NCBI RefSeq assembly: GCF_009914755.1
Contig: NC_060936.1
Strand: one strand, 5' to 3'
DNA length: 64,000 nt
DNA from: the human T2T-CHM13v2.0 reference genome, Homo sapiens
The notes under the pieces were generated by a model. It was not told where the DNA came from and searched no databases. It was given only the letters and a program-made list of their open reading frames with translations. The number at the start of each line of letters is the position of its first letter. The first letter of the stretch is position 1. Below are positions 13,039-64,000 of the stretch, piece after piece. Position numbers and translations under genes: made by a program.

Positions 13039-13349
13039 GAAAATTTACAATTTTGAGATAAAGTTATTGCTGTAGTTTTCTTGGAGTGTAGTTTTCTTGC
13101 TTTTCTTGAATTTCATAATACCACTCTAAAGCTTAAAAGACAAATTAGACTACCTAAAATGTTTCCACTTTTTAGGACTATACCGTAGACTGCTAAGTTA
13201 ACATAGGTAGATTTTGATCATAATTCTCTTTCTTTCACATTCAAAGTTAACACATCTTTGGGAACCTGTCCTTGTCCCTGCACCCTACCCTCTTCCTCTT
13301 TAAGTACACAGACTAATCTTCTAATCTAAAGGAAAAACACACTCACCAA

Positions 13350-14950
<1,601 letters not shown>

Positions 14951-15438
14951 CGACATCCTCCTAAGTTAACTTAGACAGGTTTTGATCCTATTTCTGTTTC
15001 TTTCACACTCAAGGTTAACAAGCCTTTGGGAACCTATACCTGTCCCTGCCCTCATCCTCCTTCGGTGCTCATTTGCACCTGCCTTTTTAAGTATACAGAC
15101 TCATCTTCCTTAGGAAACATTAAAAAATGTCAGTGCATTTTGTGAGGGCCTAATCTACCTCAATAAAATTTCCCTTCTGTATTGAGGGTGAGGAAGGATG
15201 GCTTTGAATTGCAAATGCTTCATTTTCATTTTTGACTGGATTCTCTGTTGTTTGTAACCTCTCTCTGATGGAGGTGGGAACTCTCTTTCATTATGTGTTA
15301 CTTAAACCATGAACTTAATTAGAAATTTGATAAAATTAGGACTGGGCGTAGGGGAGTGAGAACCATGTTATAGTTTAGTATCTGCTAAGATTTGCAGTTT
15401 TTTCACCTGTAGTAAATAACTCTACTTCCTACTGCCAG

Positions 15439-15496
15439 GTGCCCAGGCCCCACAAGTGGCCCCAGCCCAGGAACGAATCTCTCAGGCTGCATCAGG

Positions 15497-15520
<24 letters not shown>
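15439..15520 (+). CDS. IRAG2: IRAG2 exon carrying the first in-frame AUG (15497): CPGPTSGPSPGTNLSGCIR-MNDDPSME
   Basis: actgccag|G ... GAA|gtgagt. Confidence 0.95.
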
Positions 15521-54971
<39,451 letters not shown>

Positions 54972-55214
54972 CAGCAGGACATCCTAATATATGGATCTTG
55001 ATTTTTAAGTTTCAGTATCTGAACTTCGTAAATTAGTAACTTTTAGCTGGGAAAGTATAGCATGAAACCAGAGGTTCTCAGAATGACTGTAAGATAGCTT
55101 ACATTTCCTCTTTTTGCCTTTATCTCCCCAACTAAAATACAATGGGGAAGAAGTCTGCCTATGATCTTTGAATGAGCTTTTTAAGGAAGAAATATTATAT
55201 ATTGTTTGTTAAAG

Positions 55215-55220
55215 TTTATT
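55215..55220 (-). terminator. DNAI7: DNAI7 polyadenylation signal AATAAA (plus-strand TTTATT)
   Basis: First minus-strand AATAAA about 240 nt after the DNAI7 stop codon. Confidence 0.7.
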
Positions 55221-55222
55221 GA

Positions 55223-55228
55223 AATAAA
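55223..55228 (+). terminator. IRAG2: IRAG2 polyadenylation signal AATAAA
   Basis: First AATAAA about 250 nt after the stop codon; a second AATAAA lies at 55311-55316. Confidence 0.75.
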
Positions 55229-55458
55229 GAATCATTTAAATCTTCATAGAGTGAAAGCTGAAATTCTTAACAGGCCAAGTATTCAAAGGAAAAAAAAATA
55301 CTGTTTTTAAAATAAAACTTGAGTAGAAAATGCAGATTAGAAAATTTTTAATAGTTGATTTGAAATGTATTCATTCACTCATTACATTGTGTTGCAGAAA
55401 TACCTGTCTTTCACCATGCTTGGTTCTTCATACTTACAATACAGTTTGTAAGTGGAGG

Positions 55459-61803
<6,345 letters not shown>

Positions 61804-62214
61804 CTTTATAATTGATGAAGAAAGTGACACTAGTTTCATTTTTTCCCTATTAAAAAAAGATAAATGAAAGCACCAAAAAAATTGCTTTGTGTATAAATTG
61901 ATCTTTCATATTTAGAATAGAAACTCAAAAGAAGGCCAACTTCGCTGAGAGATTTCCCCTGACTACAGGATCAAGTCCCACCTCCTCAGCATGGTAATAC
62001 CTTCAGAATGAAGCTTTGACTCACTTTCTTGGCTCCATCCCTTGCCACTCCTCAAGGGAAAAAGTTTTTCTCTTTTCAGCCCCACTTTTTTCTTTCCCTA
62101 ACAACACTGTATGTATACCTCTGGGCCTCAGCACATACAGTTCTTTCCTCCTACAATACTGTTCCCTAATCTTTCAGAGAAACTCTCTTCAGCTTTGCTT
62201 TAAAATGACTTCAA

Positions 62215-62805
62215 AATTCATGTATTTTTTGTATACAATTCAATTATCTTTAATTTACCCAGTTGTGCAACCATCACCACAATCCAGTTTTAGAACATTT
62301 TTATCCCCTCAGTAAGATCCTTATGTCCATTTACAGTTAATTCCCATTCCCACCTCCAGCCCCAGGCAACGATTAATGTACTTCCTGTAGGTGGTCTTTT
62401 GTATCTCTTACAACTCAATAATAAAACACAACCTAATTTAAAAGTGGGTAAATGATTTGAATAAACATTTCACCAAAGAAGAGATATGAAAGGCTAATAA
62501 GTACTTAAAAAGATGATCAACATTATTAGTAATTAGGGAAATAAATTAAAACTACAATGGAATACTACTTCACACCCACTAGAATGGCTATCATCAAAAA
62601 GATAAATAACAAATGTTATGAACAAACAGAAAACCTCATATAGTGCTGGCAGACATGTAAAATGGTACGGCTACTTTGAAAAACAATTTGGCAGTTTCTT
62701 TGAAAGTTAAATATAAACTCAGCACTCAACCCAGCAATTCCACTCTTAGGTACATACTGAACTGAAAACATGTCCACACAGAGACTTGCATGCAAACATT
62801 CTCTT
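62215..62805. mobile_element. L1M fragments in opposite orientations
   Basis: Minus-strand 3' end to about 62405, then plus-strand cttacaactcaataataaaac...acatgtccacacagagac. Confidence 0.65.
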
Positions 62806-63446
62806 CATCTTTGAGGGACCTGTTCAACATTCCAACCTGTGAGAAGCCTTCCAATACTCTAAAGATTGAGCCATCTGTGTCGTGCTCTATAGCACTTTAC
62901 ATCTATGCTAGCACCCTACTATGTTGTATCACAATGTGGTGTTTTCCCATCTGCCCCTCCTACAACTTTTGAAACTCCAAGAGGAAGAAACTATGCCTCA
63001 TTTATCTCTGTATTTCTTTCTTTTTTTTTTTTTTTTGGTTGGGGGGAGGGGTCATCTTTATAGGACAAATAAATGAACCATTTTCTTCCCAGACGTGCTC
63101 TCCATTTCTACTTAGCTCTCTTTCCTGCTCTCGATTGGAGGGTTCTGTTGACAAGTTTTTACTCTTAAATTTCATATAATAAATACAATTACATTCACAA
63201 ACTTATTTTTAATTCCTCTTTTTGTCGCTACATTAACAAATAATTTTAATTTATAAGGTAAAAAGTTATTACCTATAAATAAATTCTCCAAATTTCTAGT
63301 AGTTCCGGGCAAAATGTTTCCCCATGGTTTAAAAATTACTAGAATTGTAAATTACTGCTTTCTAATTACTGAAGTTGTAGAGCGAAATTATTCCCCTGAA
63401 TTGTGTGGAATAATTTACCTTGTCTAATTCTAATTTCATGTGAATA

Positions 63447-64000
63447 ATTTTTTTTTTCAGACAGAGTTTCACTCTTGTCACCCAGGCTGGAGTAAAATGG
63501 TGCGATCTCAGCTCGCTACACCCTCCGCCTCCCAGGTTCAAGCAATTTTCCTGCCTCGGCCTCCTGAATAGCTAGCATTACAGGCACGTGACACCACGCC
63601 TGGCTAATTTTTTTAAGTAGAGACAGGGTTTCGCCATGTTGGCCAGGCTGGTCTCGAACTCCTGACCTCAGGTGTTCCGCCTGCCTCAGCCTCCCAAAGC
63701 GCTAGGATTACAAACATGAGCTACCATGCCCAGCTGTGTTAATAATTTTTAATGTGATAAATACTTAGGAATATTACCATTAAAGTGACACCTCTGAAAC
63801 AATATCAAAAGAGATACAGTTGTTCATGTTGATGTATTTTATAGTTTAATATGTAAGAATTTACTAGGTTTTTTAACTTATTTTTTATTTTTTGAGACAG
63901 GGTCTCACTCTGTCACCCACCCTGAGTACTGGGGCATGATCACAGCTCACTGCAGCCTCAACCTGCTGGGCTCAAACAATGCTCCCACCTCAGCTTCTGG
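63447..64000 (-). mobile_element. AluS (63447-63735) and partial AluJ (63880-64000)
   Basis: Alu consensus. Confidence 0.85.

Noticed and set aside
61804-61846. Alternative DNAI7 acceptor (tttaatag|) 43 nt upstream of the chosen one
   Set aside because: It would shift the frame relative to the conserved-looking KHWRTDG exon; the 61803 acceptor fits phase 1.

Overview
Human (primate) genomic DNA, AT-rich and Alu-dense, recognisable as the IRAG2 (LRMP/JAW1) - DNAI7 (CASC1) locus on 12p12.1 near KRAS. On the + strand, 17 coding exons (15497..54971) splice with GT-AG junctions into exactly 1500 nt (499 aa + TGA), ending in a transmembrane helix plus a KASH-like PPPV tail. Four upstream exons (7680-12601) precede the AUG exon. 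On the - strand lie the last four coding exons of DNAI7, tail-to-tail with IRAG2. A near full-length CENPU processed pseudogene sits antisense in an IRAG2 intron, nested in an old L1 and itself interrupted by a multimeric Alu. Most notable: (1) the upstream 'UTR' exons splice in frame into a stop-free, Met-free 148-codon N-terminal extension containing a Kozak-context CUG; (2) a 53/54-bp inverted repeat brackets the symmetric penultimate IRAG2 exon, next to two other local duplication scars; (3) back-to-back poly(A) signals TTTATTgaAATAAA appear to serve both convergent genes; (4) DNAI7 has a GC-AG intron. Repeat subfamily calls are from recognition by eye and their boundaries are approximate.
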